The notes below the pieces were generated by a model. That model worked only from the letters and a program-made list of their open reading frames with translations, was not told the origin of the DNA and ran no database searches. A stretch of 64,000 bases of DNA from a virus, in IMG/VR virus record IMGVR_UViG_3300044632_000653. One strand, 5' to 3'. Positions 20,814-31,620 of the stretch are shown here, in pieces (position 1 is the stretch's first letter; the number at the start of each line of letters is the position of its first letter). The translations under genes were made by a program, and so were the position numbers.

Positions 20814-21016
20814 GCAAGGACAAGGTGCCCGTCCAAAACGAACCGATGGTCCGTGACATGAAGACGGGTGCCCTCCTGTTCACGGACAGGGATGCTTTCC
20901 GAGCATACGAGGACAGGAAGCGGGAGCGTCAGGCTCAAAGGGACAGGATAAATACCCTTGAGGAGAAGGTTGCCGAGTTGCAACGGATCCTCGCCGAGAT
21001 CATAGGGAAACGGTAA
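20810..21016 (+). CDS. Small coiled-coil protein typically following VrlC
   Basis: VRD..TGA.L.TD...Y..Y motif then coiled coil; ATGA coupling. Confidence 0.75.
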   Translation: MSKDKVPVQNEPMVRDMKTGALLFTDRDAFRAYEDRKRERQAQRDRINTLEEKVAELQRILAEIIGKR

Positions 21017-21022
21017 ACGCAG

Positions 21023-24000
21023 ATGTCTTGTACAGCCTCAGACTTCGTCAACATCCAACCTCTGACCCTGTCGGACACCTTCAACACATGGTTCGACAGG
21101 ACGAATGAGGTCATCTCCGCTGCGAATGGGATCAACATCCTTGATGTGGCGGTCGGAGGCACGGCAGGTGGTCTTCTCCGTGAGACGGGATGCTCGGCGG
21201 GGTACTACAACGGCGTTGTGACTCTGTCCGTCAATCCTGGAGCGGGAATCGGCATCGGCAATGTTGCTTTCGGCACCAACTTCAACAAGGTGGTGATCGA
21301 TGCGGTTCAACTTGAGAACCTCGGGACGGGTGCGACGGCGAATCCTGCTGTCGGCGACTACATCATCGTCAGCGACATCAGCGACACAAGGCAGGGATCG
21401 GCGGGAACCCCGAAGAGGACGGTGGCGAGCAGGATGCTTCCCCCCGCAGTCTACTTCGGCGATGCGGGTGAAGGCACATTTGAGATCTACGGCGATGTCA
21501 CCATCCACGGCGACATCAACATCGAAGGCGATCAGTCGTACATCGATGCGAACGACTTGCGGATCGAAGACAAGATCATCGAACTCGCATACAACAGGTA
21601 CTCGCAGTTCACCATCCAAAAGACGGGAATGACTGCGGGATCTGTCGATGTCGGTGCGACCGCCTACTACATTGACCCTGGATCCGCCACCCTCACGGCG
21701 AACTCGACCACCATCGGCTACATCCGAGCGTTCACCTACTCGGGAAGCACCACGGGTTCGGTGCAGATGCACTCGTTCAACGAGGGCGGGGTGTCCGACA
21801 TCGTCAACGGCGGCAGTCTCTATGTGGACGGTGCATCGCTGACCTTCGGTGTCGTTTCCACACCCGTCACCGACACGGCGTTCTACAACGATACGCTCCT
21901 GACCCCCGCAGGAATCGACATCAAGGGCGCATCAGGCGACAAGACATTCCTTTGGAACCTCAAGACCCCCGACACGCTCTCGACATGGAACGCCTTCGTT
22001 GCGAACACCAACCTCGGCGTGACGGGTGCGGACAACTACATCATCTCGTCCAAGTTCGCATCGTTCGGATACGGCGCAGGTACGGATGACACCTACACCT
22101 TCTATGGCTCGGGCGACTCGTTCACCAAGGCTGCGGTCGGAACGGAATTCGTCCTTCAGCACAGCGCAACGGGTGCAGCGGGAATCACCTTCGCACAGGT
22201 GTTCTCGGGAAGCACGGGACCCGCAGTCTATCCTGGGGTCACGGCGACCAACTGGTCCAAGTACCTCAACGCCGACCAACTCGACGGTGCCCACGCACTC
22301 ACCACCTCGACTGCATGGTCGATCCCCGTGGCACTCGCCAACGGTAAGATCCATGAGGATTGGGTCAACTCCGATGCGATCCGCAAGACCTTCTCGCAGA
22401 CGGGTCACTCGTTCGTCATGGGTGACATCCTGCGGTTCGACACGAACGGATCGCTGACCTTCGCCCGTGCCGATACCATCCCCACCGCCGAGGCACTCGG
22501 CATGGTCGAGGTCGCCTCGGGTAGCACCCTCACCCTCGTCACTAAGGGCTTCATCTCGGGGCTCACGGGTACGAGGATCAACGCACTCAAGCCTCTCGTC
22601 ACGGGCAACGCCTACTACCTCAGTCAGTCTGTTGGTGGAGGCATGATCGCTAATCCCGACTCGGGCGCATACGAGATCACGGCAGGTCAGGTCCGAAAGG
22701 CGATGTTCATCGCATCGGGCATTGACAAGGGATATGTCGTAAACTACACGGGCGTGGTTGTCGGCAGCGATCCCACGGACCTGATCTACCTCAACCGTGT
22801 GGTCCCCGTGGGAACGGTGCATCCGTTCTCGGGAGTTACAGCCGCCATTCCCGATGGATGGCTCATCTGCGACGGTGCCGCCATCTCGCAGAACGAGGAG
22901 CCCGATCTCTTCGCAGCGATTGAAAACAACTACTACGCCGAGGCTGAGGTCTACAACTCCTCGACCTTCACATTGGATGCGGATACGAGGGGACTCGCAA
23001 TCGGCGACGGACTCCGTGTCGTTTGGGCGACGGGTAGTGCGAATGTCCTGATCACAAGCGTCAACAGCGTCAACAGGAGGGTCGAGGTCTCCTCAAGTTC
23101 CTTCTCCTCGTTGGCTGAAGGGACCGACCTCAAGGTCTACGGAAGGACCATCCCGTCCACCTCGGGACGATCAATCTTCTTCATCCCCGATCTCAGGCGG
23201 CGCACGGTCTTCGGCACCTCCTCGGGCGAAGGCATCGCAGGTAGCGAGACGATCACTCCCGCCCTCGCACAGGGAACCATCGGAGGCGAGAGCCAAGTCA
23301 CCCTTGGCGCAAGCAACATCCCCCCGCACACGCACACGCTCGACACCCTCGTCACGAACAATCCGTTCAGCAACGCATACGGATCCTCCACGAACGAGAC
23401 GGGCGGCTTGGTGGAGACGGGTGTCTCGCCGAGCCCGTTCAGCATCCTCCCCCCGCACTTGGTGATGCACTACATCATCCGTGCGAAGAAGGGAACATCA
23501 GCCACGGTCCTCACGGGGCACGACCACGACAACTTCTACATCAGGTACGACAAGGCTCACACATTGGCTGCGGGTGCAAGCAGGACCCTCACCGATGCGG
23601 ACAGGACTCAGTTCCGAGCGAACGCCAAGGTGCTTCGGAACGATGGGGACGATGTGTTCGGCGGGAAACTCACGGTCACGGGAGATCTCGTCGTTGGTGG
23701 TCTCGGTGGCACGGACAGCGTGGACCTGATCGTCAGCGGAGGAATGAGTGCGGACTTCGTGAACGCCAACCGTGCGTTCATCAACGAGTCGGCTGTCATC
23801 GACCTCGCAAGCGGACAGGCACTCAACATCACGGGAGCATCCAACAGCATCGTGAGGATGTTCCCCGCATTGAACTACGGCTTGACGGGCGGCAGCAGGT
23901 TCTACGATCAGAATCAAAGGGATTCCGACAGCCGAAACCTCGTCGTTGACTACAAGACGGGAGAGGTGACATGCCGCCCGATGTTCAATGTGTCCTCAAG

Positions 24001-24568
24001 CAGTCCTCCTGCGTCCACCGTTGGATATGCCGAGGGCTTCGTTTGGTACACCACGGGAACGGGTAATGCGAGTAGTGGGGGTGGCGGTGGCGGTGGATCG
24101 ATTGCCGATTCCATCACATATTTCAGCGATGCAAGTACACCGTTTAGGGAATGGGTATGGAGCGGAGGTTTTCCTGGAGGCGGAACACCCCCTCCGACAA
24201 CCACTAGAGGGTTTCAGATCCTCACCGATCAAGATGTTCCTCTTACCGCCAAGTTTGCATACATCACGGTGGAGGGGACTATGATCGGTCGTTCGGGCGC
24301 AATAAACCTCAAGATGTGGGCAGGGAGAAATGGTACTCCTGCAAACTTGAACAAGGGTCATTTGATCTTTGATTTTGTTGACTCCACCAACGATTCAAAC
24401 AGTTCAAATCAGAGGCATTGTTACCTTTCTCCTTCGGTGCTTGTCCCTCTTGTGGTGAACGGAGGAAACATCGGTTTCTTCTTCAACTTCCAAGAGGTTA
24501 CTCAAGAACTCGGTTCCAACAATGATGTGTCCTTCAGAGTGAGTTTGCGCTTGGACGGCTACTTCTGA
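21023..24568 (+). CDS. Tail fibre protein with split tail-collar domain
   Basis: SDTFN.W..RTNE N-terminus; IEDKIIEL; collar motifs PVGTVHPFSG..PDGWLICDG and FFIPDLRRR..FG; NIPPHTH; divergent C-terminal tip. Confidence 0.85.
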   Translation: MSCTASDFVNIQPLTLSDTFNTWFDRTNEVISAANGINILDVAVGGTAGGLLRETGCSAGYYNGVVTLSVNPGAGIGIGNVAFGTNFNKVVIDAVQLENLGTGATANPAVGDYIIVSDISDTRQGSAGTPKRTVASRMLPPAVYFGDAGEGTFEIYGDVTIHGDINIEGDQSYIDANDLRIEDKIIELAYNRYSQFTIQKTGMTAGSVDVGATAYYIDPGSATLTANSTTIGYIRAFTYSGSTTGSVQMHSFNEGGVSDIVNGGSLYVDGASLTFGVVSTPVTDTAFYNDTLLTPAGIDIKGASGDKTFLWNLKTPDTLSTWNAFVANTNLGVTGADNYIISSKFASFGYGAGTDDTYTFYGSGDSFTKAAVGTEFVLQHSATGAAGITFAQVFSGSTGPAVYPGVTATNWSKYLNADQLDGAHALTTSTAWSIPVALANGKIHEDWVNSDAIRKTFSQTGHSFVMGDILRFDTNGSLTFARADTIPTAEALGMVEVASGSTLTLVTKGFISGLTGTRINALKPLVTGNAYYLSQSVGGGMIANPDSGAYEITAGQVRKAMFIASGIDKGYVVNYTGVVVGSDPTDLIYLNRVVPVGTVHPFSGVTAAIPDGWLICDGAAISQNEEPDLFAAIENNYYAEAEVYNSSTFTLDADTRGLAIGDGLRVVWATGSANVLITSVNSVNRRVEVSSSSFSSLAEGTDLKVYGRTIPSTSGRSIFFIPDLRRRTVFGTSSGEGIAGSETITPALAQGTIGGESQVTLGASNIPPHTHTLDTLVTNNPFSNAYGSSTNETGGLVETGVSPSPFSILPPHLVMHYIIRAKKGTSATVLTGHDHDNFYIRYDKAHTLAAGASRTLTDADRTQFRANAKVLRNDGDDVFGGKLTVTGDLVVGGLGGTDSVDLIVSGGMSADFVNANRAFINESAVIDLASGQALNITGASNSIVRMFPALNYGLTGGSRFYDQNQRDSDSRNLVVDYKTGEVTCRPMFNVSSSSPPASTVGYAEGFVWYTTGTGNASSGGGGGGGSIADSITYFSDASTPFREWVWSGGFPGGGTPPPTTTRGFQILTDQDVPLTAKFAYITVEGTMIGRSGAINLKMWAGRNGTPANLNKGHLIFDFVDSTNDSNSSNQRHCYLSPSVLVPLVVNGGNIGFFFNFQEVTQELGSNNDVSFRVSLRLDGYF

Positions 24569-24585
24569 TCTGATCGGTAAAAGAC

Positions 24586-25431
24586 ATGGCAGCAATATCA
24601 TTCGCCGACATCGCCGTTGGTACAAGCAGACCACAGACCACAGCGTCAGGTGGAGGCGTTCTCATGGCGTGGGAGGTGACCTCCGTGCAGAGGCAGGTCA
24701 CCCTTTCGGGCTTCAATGTCGTGAACCAAGGTGCATGGAACACGGGTTATGCCGCAAGCATTGTCCACGATGAATCATGGAAGCAGGTCGGAGACTCCAA
24801 GATAGTCAGCCAAGGGTCTTGGGTGGACACATCCCCCACCGTGGTCAGGACCGTGACGAAGAAGCGAGTGAAATTTTCCACAGCGAATACGGGAGAGCAG
24901 AACCCCTATGCGGAACCTTCCATCGCAAACTACGGAATCACTCCGACCGCTGCGGGAGACAATCCATATGTCCCCGCAGGTTGGAAGATCGTCCGTTGCT
25001 ATCTGCACGGCATCTACGACGATCTCTTGGACGGCATCTTCATGTACAGGGGCGGTGTCGAAAGCGCATTCGTCCTCGCTCGCAAGGAACCTTCGACTTG
25101 GGTCGGCAGGTTCAAGAACGGATGGGACTTCACCGACTACCAATGGGTAAGCATCCCCGACTTCACCATCGATGCTCCGTTTGCTTCGGGGGGTCTACGG
25201 ACTAGCGCATGCAGCAATTGGTACTGCCCCTACATTATGACTACGGGTGAAGCAGGTGGCGGATGCGGCTCGGACGGCTGCACACGGTATGTCTTCTTGG
25301 GCGATGCCCATGAGACAACGGGTATTCCCGTTGACATGAACAGGCTTGTCTCGGTCAAGACGGGTGGTAATCCTGGCGACACGCTCAATCACTACTTCTT
25401 CGTGCAAACTCTTGTCCTAGAGGAACCGTGA
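24586..25431 (+). CDS. Putative fibre-tip adhesin / receptor-binding protein
   Basis: Directly follows the fibre gene; rich in Trp, Gly and Cys; no recognised family. Confidence 0.45.
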   Translation: MAAISFADIAVGTSRPQTTASGGGVLMAWEVTSVQRQVTLSGFNVVNQGAWNTGYAASIVHDESWKQVGDSKIVSQGSWVDTSPTVVRTVTKKRVKFSTANTGEQNPYAEPSIANYGITPTAAGDNPYVPAGWKIVRCYLHGIYDDLLDGIFMYRGGVESAFVLARKEPSTWVGRFKNGWDFTDYQWVSIPDFTIDAPFASGGLRTSACSNWYCPYIMTTGEAGGGCGSDGCTRYVFLGDAHETTGIPVDMNRLVSVKTGGNPGDTLNHYFFVQTLVLEEP

Positions 25432-25446
25432 GGTCTAAATACGGTC

Positions 25447-25788
25447 ATGGCTGACACGATCAACAGGGACATGGATCAGGGGTCGAACTTCTCGTTCGAC
25501 TATGTGGTCAAGGGGACCAACGGTCAGCCCACCAACATATCCACGGGTCACACGGCGTATGCGCAGATGAGGAAGTTCTACTCCTCCACCTCTGCTGTCA
25601 ACCTCACCGCATCGATCACAGGAAGCACGGGGAACATCCGTGTCTCGCTCGGTCCCACGGGGACTGCGGCGGTCAAGGCGGGCATCTGGTACTACGATGT
25701 CGAACTTCACTCCAACGGAAGCAGCACCGTGAATCGTGTCGTTCAGGGCATGGTCACCGTCTATCCCGAGATCACGAAAATTCCTTGA
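25447..25788 (+). CDS. Small virion protein, BppU-N-like Ig fold
   Basis: DQGSNF, YAQMRK.Y.S, G.I..SL....T...KAG..YYDVE, R..QG.VTV.P.IT pattern common in T4-like phages. Confidence 0.7.
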   Translation: MADTINRDMDQGSNFSFDYVVKGTNGQPTNISTGHTAYAQMRKFYSSTSAVNLTASITGSTGNIRVSLGPTGTAAVKAGIWYYDVELHSNGSSTVNRVVQGMVTVYPEITKIP

Positions 25789-25865
25789 TTCATAGGGTTT
25801 TCGGAGGATCCCCGTCAGAGACTCCATAGATACGGGCACAACCCGATTTGTAATGGAGATCTGAA

Positions 25866-27068
25866 ATGAGCGAAGCATTGACGATTGAAGCACCCGCTGC
25901 CCCTGTTTCGGCAGAAACCTCAGTCACCGCACCCAACAAGCACAAGAGGCTCACCCTCTGCATGATCGTGAAGAACGAGGCGCATGTCATCGAAAGGTGC
26001 CTCGCCTCGGTCCTGCCCGTCATCGACTACTGGGTCATCGTGGATACGGGATCGACTGATGGAACTCAGCAGAAGATCCAAGACTTCTTCGACCGAAACG
26101 GCATCGATGGCGAAATCCACAACCGACCGTGGATCGACTTCGGTCACAACCGCAGCGAGGCTCTTGAACTCGCACAGAAGACCGACACGGACTACGCCCT
26201 GATGATCGATGCGGACGAGATCCTCGTCTTCGATCCAGGTTTTGATCCCGTGGCGTTCAAGGACAGCCTCACCGCCGACCTGTACAACATTTTCGCACAG
26301 TTCGGTCAGACCCGATACCACCGTCCTCAGTTGACGAGCAACAAGAAGCGGTTCTACTACCGTGGCGTTCTCCATGAGTATGTGGATTGCCACGACCCGA
26401 TTGGAACCCGTGATTTTGCTCGTGGGTTTATGAACACGCCGATCCAAGACGGTGCCCGTTCGTCCGACCCGCAGAAGTACGCCAAGGATGCGGTGAAGTT
26501 TGAGGAAGCCCTCGCATCGGGCAAGGTCGAGGAGAAGGACTTCAACCGCTATCACTTCTACATGGCGCAGTCGTACCGTGACTCGCAGCAATGGGAGAAG
26601 TCCCTTGAGGCTTACCTCAGGAGGGCTGACCTCGGCGGTTGGAACGAGGAGGTCTTCTACTCGCTTTATCAGGCGGGTCGGATCATGGAGATCCTTGAGA
26701 AGCCTGTGGACAACATCATCCAAGTCTACTTCAAGGCGTACCAAACCGCCCCTTGGAGGGCAGAGAGCCTGTGGGCTGCGGCACGACTCTGCCGTTCGTT
26801 CAGCCGATTCGACCAAGGCTACAGGTTCGTCAAGCAAGGTCTCAAGATCCGCTATCCCGAGGGTGCCCTCTTCGTCGGTCAGGGGATCTACGATTGGGCA
26901 CTCCTTGACGAGTTCGCCATCGCCGCATATTGGACGGGGAACCACCGTGAGTCGAGGATCGCTTCGATCCAACTGCTCAAGGAAGGCAAGTTCCCTCCCG
27001 ATCAGAAGGATCGCATCGAAGCAAACCTCAAGTTTGCATCGGAGTCGCTCCTCAACGAAGCCGAGTGA
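25866..27068 (+). CDS. GT2-family glycosyltransferase with C-terminal TPR-like helices (SunS/GmaR-like architecture)
   Basis: LCMIVKNEA.VIERCL.SV, IVDTGSTDGT, DFGHNR, DADE (DxD), GVLHE; TPR-like repeats; own TAGATA late element at 25827-25832. Confidence 0.9.
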   Translation: MSEALTIEAPAAPVSAETSVTAPNKHKRLTLCMIVKNEAHVIERCLASVLPVIDYWVIVDTGSTDGTQQKIQDFFDRNGIDGEIHNRPWIDFGHNRSEALELAQKTDTDYALMIDADEILVFDPGFDPVAFKDSLTADLYNIFAQFGQTRYHRPQLTSNKKRFYYRGVLHEYVDCHDPIGTRDFARGFMNTPIQDGARSSDPQKYAKDAVKFEEALASGKVEEKDFNRYHFYMAQSYRDSQQWEKSLEAYLRRADLGGWNEEVFYSLYQAGRIMEILEKPVDNIIQVYFKAYQTAPWRAESLWAAARLCRSFSRFDQGYRFVKQGLKIRYPEGALFVGQGIYDWALLDEFAIAAYWTGNHRESRIASIQLLKEGKFPPDQKDRIEANLKFASESLLNEAE

Positions 27069-27117
27069 CATGCGCTAAATAGGTGGCAGTTCAGCAAACA
27101 GTCAGGAACTACCACCG

Positions 27118-30100
27118 ATGGCATACAGCGCAATCCCAATTTTCCCTAGCAGCGGAGGCGGCGGGGATGGACGCAGGATCCTCAACACTTGGACGGTCCC
27201 CTCGGGGCATCCATTCGATGCGGGTCATGTGGTCATCTACACCGCAGGGACCACGGGATTTCAACTAGGCATCGCAGACGATCTCGACACGGCTCAGACT
27301 GTCGGCATCGTCGAGGCAACCACGACCGAATCAATTACCGTTGTCTATCAGGGCGAGATCGACTTCGCAGGATCTTCGCTCCTGATAGATGACGGTACTA
27401 CGAGCCTGACTGCGGGTCTCGTCTACTACCTGTCTCCCACGAACAGCGGGTACCTCACCCCTGTCAGACCGCTTGACGGCGCATCCTTCGTCCAAGGTGT
27501 CCTCGTAGCCACCGACACCAAGGAAGGCATCGTCATCAACTCGCTGCCTCAGGCACCGACCACGGCATCCCTCTACACCCCCGTTGGGTCCATCGTTCCC
27601 TTCGCAGGACCCTACAGCGAGATCCCGCAGACTTGGCGCATCTGCGACGGCGCAGCGGTGAGGAAGTCGGGCAACACGCCGATGGATGGCGTTGACTACT
27701 CGACTCTCTACGGAGTGATCGGAGACAAGTACAGGGTCATGGGTCTCGCCTCGGAGGTCACGGGACCCGTCAGCAACATCTACAGGGATGTCATCATCTC
27801 ATTCGATGGCGAGGGGCATGAGGACTACCCAGGAACCACCACCCACGGTTTCGTGGATGCGAACGGCTCCGACACCTACAAGCAATACAAGATCGGTTGG
27901 GGAGGCACCAACGACTTCGCCGTCGCAGCCCTGACCGCCGCATCGGGCTCGGCATCCAAAACTGCTAGGTTCCACTTCCTCGCACCGTACACGGGTACGA
28001 GCGTTGTCAACTTCAGCGGCGTTTCGGTCAACTCGCCGATCACGATCCAATCGCTTTCGGATGGCGAGGTTGCGGGATACACCTCGCAGAGGTTCTTCAT
28101 CCCCGATCTCCGTGCGAGGACGATCTTCGGTGCGGGATACTCGGTGGGTCTGACGGGAACAAACCGTGGCGAGATCAAGGGCAATGACCTGTATCTCTTG
28201 ACCACGGATGACATCCCCGACCACATCAACAAGGTCTACACCTACCCGAGCAACCCCGCTCCCGATGCGGCTGGCGGCGGCACGAATGTCATGGCGGTCA
28301 TCGCCAACAGGGACAACTGCGACATCGCTCAGGCAATCGTCCACGACTCCTCCTTCACGGCAGACAACGAGGCAATCAACCTCCTTCCTCCCCATGTCGT
28401 GACCAATTGGATCATCCGACACCTTCCCTTTGAGGGACCTGGTGTCGAGGTTGGACCGAGGGGTCCTGCGGGTCCTGCGGGACCAACGGGAGCGACAGGT
28501 GGTACGGGAGCAACGGGCGGAACGGGAGCGACAGGTGGGACGGGAGCAACGGGTCCCACGGGAGATGCGGGTCCGTCAGGTCCCGATGGTCCCACGGGTC
28601 CTACGGGTCCCACGGGAGACGAAGGTCCTGCTGGTGAGTGCAACTGCCTTCAAGGAGGAGCAGGTGGAGTCCCTGTCGAGAGCATCTATCTCGCAGCAAC
28701 CTCGGACTATAAGAACGGGATCATCGGCAACGCCTCGGGAACCATCCTTGAGGAGCAGATCTCCACGGACATCCTGTACCCAACCGACTTCGCCTATGCG
28801 ATCTCCTCGCTGACGATGACGGGCGTGAACATCGAAAGCCCCGCAACCTTCTACTACCGTGATCCTGCGAACAACCCGAATGAGCAGACATACTCGTATC
28901 CGAGGACTCGGCAGTTCGCCCCCCATCCGCTCAATGGTTTTGCTCGGGCTAGTGCGGTCAACGGAGCCATCATCACCCCACCAACAGGTAGTGGTGGACC
29001 TGGACAATGTGGCGGCGGTTTGGCTAATCCTTTCAGAATCGTCCTCACGAACGGCGTGTACACCCTCAACAAGAGCATGTACACCAACCTTCCCCGTGAC
29101 CTCTACATCGGCGGTCAGACGGGAAGCGTCATCAATCAGACGATCTCGGGCGTGACCGTCCTTCCCGTGCTTGACTCGGGTGCGACGAGCGTGACTGCGT
29201 TCTCCCTCAGTTTCAACATCGGCACGGCGCAGTCGATGATCGCAGCAACGGGAACCGCCATCGTCATCCCCCCGCCGAACAGCATCGTCTACGGCTCCAT
29301 CCCATCGGCGACGGGCATGTACGGTCTCACCGCCACCATCGAAGGTGCGACGAGCGGCACGGCAGGGTTCTTCAACTCGCTTGCGGGTGGCTATGTGGTC
29401 AAGGGGATCAGCGGACAGACCTTCACGGTCGATGTCCTCACCGAGGCGGGAGCGACCTTCAACTTCGGCAACTTCCTCAATCAGACCTACAACAGGTACA
29501 TCAACAGCATCGATGTCTACCGTGTCACGGTCCACACCACCTCGCAGGACGGCATCTTCTTCTCGGAGAAGGGCACACGCACCTACTTCGGCGATTGGAC
29601 TGTCGCCGCAAACGGATCGGAGATGGGCGGCATCGCCTTCGTCAACGATGCGACGGGCGTGGCTCTCAACGACTCAAGTCTTTCGGGCTTCGCCCCGAGC
29701 GGCTACTACAGCAATGTGAGGGGTCTTGAGACCGATGGCGGCTTGATCAAGGCAAGCGGCTGCGTGTTCATCAACTACCCGATTGCGACACACGCCTTCA
29801 ACGGCGGCTCGGTCTCGCTGAACCACTCGTATGTCAGCAACTCGTACTACGGTGTAGCCGTGGACAGCGGTGCGAATGTGAAGATCGAAGGCAGCGTCAT
29901 CTCCCACTCGGCGATCCCCGTGATCGCAGAAGGTGCTGCGAATGTGAAGATCACCCACGACCTGTCGCATGTCGGCAAGAGCCACATGATCGCCAACAAG
30001 GGCGGCATCTGCACGGTCAACACTCCCTTGGAGATCGGAAGCACCCGAATCTTCGGTCCTGGTGTCTATGCCGAGAACTCAAGCGTGAAGGTGAAGCCGT

Positions 30101-30429
30101 TCACGGAGATCTACTCGCAGAGGGACACCACGAAGGGCGGTAGTGTGCAGATTGATGATGCGGTCACCAACAACAGGTTCGTGATCCTCGCCGTCAACTC
30201 AAGCGTCTCGACTCCTGACATGTACGGTGCGCTCGGGATCTCGGGGATCGACCCCGTCACCAAGACATCGAAGCCGAAGTTCAAGGCGCAGGGAACCCTT
30301 CAGGGCATCAACTCCAAGATCACCCTGTCCTACGACAACAATCCGCTTGTCGCCCCCGTGGTTGACACCGACACCCTTGACGAGAGCATCAAGGGTAACT
30401 CGTCGCAACTCCCGCTCCCAATCGCATAA
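27118..30429 (+). CDS. Second tail fibre / appendage: collar domain, collagen-like segment, C-terminal beta-helix-like region
   Basis: [32 protein letters not shown] repeats, pectin-lyase-like repeats near the C-terminus. Confidence 0.8.
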   Translation: MAYSAIPIFPSSGGGGDGRRILNTWTVPSGHPFDAGHVVIYTAGTTGFQLGIADDLDTAQTVGIVEATTTESITVVYQGEIDFAGSSLLIDDGTTSLTAGLVYYLSPTNSGYLTPVRPLDGASFVQGVLVATDTKEGIVINSLPQAPTTASLYTPVGSIVPFAGPYSEIPQTWRICDGAAVRKSGNTPMDGVDYSTLYGVIGDKYRVMGLASEVTGPVSNIYRDVIISFDGEGHEDYPGTTTHGFVDANGSDTYKQYKIGWGGTNDFAVAALTAASGSASKTARFHFLAPYTGTSVVNFSGVSVNSPITIQSLSDGEVAGYTSQRFFIPDLRARTIFGAGYSVGLTGTNRGEIKGNDLYLLTTDDIPDHINKVYTYPSNPAPDAAGGGTNVMAVIANRDNCDIAQAIVHDSSFTADNEAINLLPPHVVTNWIIRHLPFEGPGVEVGPRGPAGPAGPTGATGGTGATGGTGATGGTGATGPTGDAGPSGPDGPTGPTGPTGDEGPAGECNCLQGGAGGVPVESIYLAATSDYKNGIIGNASGTILEEQISTDILYPTDFAYAISSLTMTGVNIESPATFYYRDPANNPNEQTYSYPRTRQFAPHPLNGFARASAVNGAIITPPTGSGGPGQCGGGLANPFRIVLTNGVYTLNKSMYTNLPRDLYIGGQTGSVINQTISGVTVLPVLDSGATSVTAFSLSFNIGTAQSMIAATGTAIVIPPPNSIVYGSIPSATGMYGLTATIEGATSGTAGFFNSLAGGYVVKGISGQTFTVDVLTEAGATFNFGNFLNQTYNRYINSIDVYRVTVHTTSQDGIFFSEKGTRTYFGDWTVAANGSEMGGIAFVNDATGVALNDSSLSGFAPSGYYSNVRGLETDGGLIKASGCVFINYPIATHAFNGGSVSLNHSYVSNSYYGVAVDSGANVKIEGSVISHSAIPVIAEGAANVKITHDLSHVGKSHMIANKGGICTVNTPLEIGSTRIFGPGVYAENSSVKVKPFTEIYSQRDTTKGGSVQIDDAVTNNRFVILAVNSSVSTPDMYGALGISGIDPVTKTSKPKFKAQGTLQGINSKITLSYDNNPLVAPVVDTDTLDESIKGNSSQLPLPIA
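28453..28641 (+). repeat. Collagen-like (Gly-X-Y) repeat, Thr-rich (GPT/GAT/GGT)
   Basis: [63 protein letters not shown]. Confidence 0.92.
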
Positions 30430-30432
30430 GCC

Positions 30433-30840
30433 ATGTTCAAGCAGCACAAGGACAAGGTCTTCCTCGACGGCATGGAGATTCCTCTCGCCCTTTTCAAGGT
30501 CCTTGAGCCGAACTACTCCCATCCCTCCGACATCATCGTCATGTTCTACGACGGCGAGCGGAGGCACTACAGGACCAAGAACCGTTCGTGGTCGATCATG
30601 GGAGCATGGGACGAGGGTGAAAGGTACCTGTCCCGAAAGGACGAATTCGCTCGACTCATCCGTGGAGAGAACAACGAGACGGTCGCAGCCGAGGTTGAGG
30701 TCGCTAGGGTCAAGTCCGACCTAAAGGCTAAATACGCCGAGGAGGATAAGACCGATGTCGAACTGCACAAGCGGACTGATCTCGACAAGGGCGGAACTAA
30801 AAGAGTACGCCCTCCGAGCAAACGGACACCCCGTAGTTGA
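30433..30840 (+). CDS. Hypothetical protein (possible fibre chaperone); 3' end overlaps gp13
   Basis: Phage codon usage; abuts the fibre gene. Confidence 0.5.
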   Translation: MFKQHKDKVFLDGMEIPLALFKVLEPNYSHPSDIIVMFYDGERRHYRTKNRSWSIMGAWDEGERYLSRKDEFARLIRGENNETVAAEVEVARVKSDLKAKYAEEDKTDVELHKRTDLDKGGTKRVRPPSKRTPRS

Positions 30841-31609
30841 GATCAACATCGCCGACGAGCAACTTGAGGACCGCATCAACGATGCGCTTCAGTTCTTCAG
30901 CGAGTACCACTTCGACGGCGTTGAGAAGGTCTACCTGAAGTACAAGTTGTCTCAGCAGGACATCACCAACGGGTACATATCCTTCACGGCAGACAACATT
31001 CAGTCGGAGACCGCCGATGGCTCGGGTTTCTCCGATGCCGATGCCGTTCAGACGAGCGTCGATCCCGACTGCCCTGAGGATGTCCTCCTACAGAACCTCA
31101 TCGTCAGCGTGACGAGGATCTTCCCGTTCACGCAGCAGTCCGTGGGCATGTTCGATGTCCGCTATCAGTATGCGTTGAACGACCTGTACACCTTCGGGAC
31201 CATCGATCTCGTCCAATACGACATGACTCAGCAGTACCTCCAACTGCTTCGTCAGTTCCTGTCCCCCGACAAGAGCATCCGCTTCAACAGGGTCGCCAAC
31301 AAACTGTACATCGACAGCGACAAGAGGCAGTTCACGGCGGGGATGTACCTCATCATCGAAGCGTACCGCATCCTCGACCCGAGGGTCTACCCCGAGGTCT
31401 ACAACGACAGGCTCCTCAAGAAGTACTGCGTTGCCCTCGTCCGATGGCAATGGGGAGTGAACCTCTCCAAGTACAGCGGCATCAAGTTGCCTGGAGACAT
31501 CACCCTCGACGGGCAGAGCATGATGAAGGACTCTTGGCAGCAGAAGGAAGACATTGAGAAGGAGATCATTCTCAAGGGCGAGTTGCCCGTTGACTTCATC
31601 ATGGGCTGA
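30755..31609 (+). CDS. gp13: Neck protein
   Basis: R.ELKEYALR..G.PVVEIN...Q..DRI.DALQ.F.EYHFDG, QWG.NLSKY.GI.LPG..TL.G, P.DF..G. Confidence 0.95.
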   Translation: MSNCTSGLISTRAELKEYALRANGHPVVEINIADEQLEDRINDALQFFSEYHFDGVEKVYLKYKLSQQDITNGYISFTADNIQSETADGSGFSDADAVQTSVDPDCPEDVLLQNLIVSVTRIFPFTQQSVGMFDVRYQYALNDLYTFGTIDLVQYDMTQQYLQLLRQFLSPDKSIRFNRVANKLYIDSDKRQFTAGMYLIIEAYRILDPRVYPEVYNDRLLKKYCVALVRWQWGVNLSKYSGIKLPGDITLDGQSMMKDSWQQKEDIEKEIILKGELPVDFIMG

Positions 31610-31620
31610 CGAAAGGGAAC

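Noticed and set aside
25866-27068. Glycosyltransferase as a T4-type DNA glucosyltransferase
   Set aside because: It is GT-A/GT2 with TPRs in a late structural context, unlike the GT-B Agt/Bgt enzymes; restriction-site avoidance also argues against hypermodified DNA, though this is not excluded
21023-30429. Diversity-generating retroelement or invertible tail-fibre cassette
   Set aside because: No reverse transcriptase, invertase or TR/VR near-duplicate seen in this window
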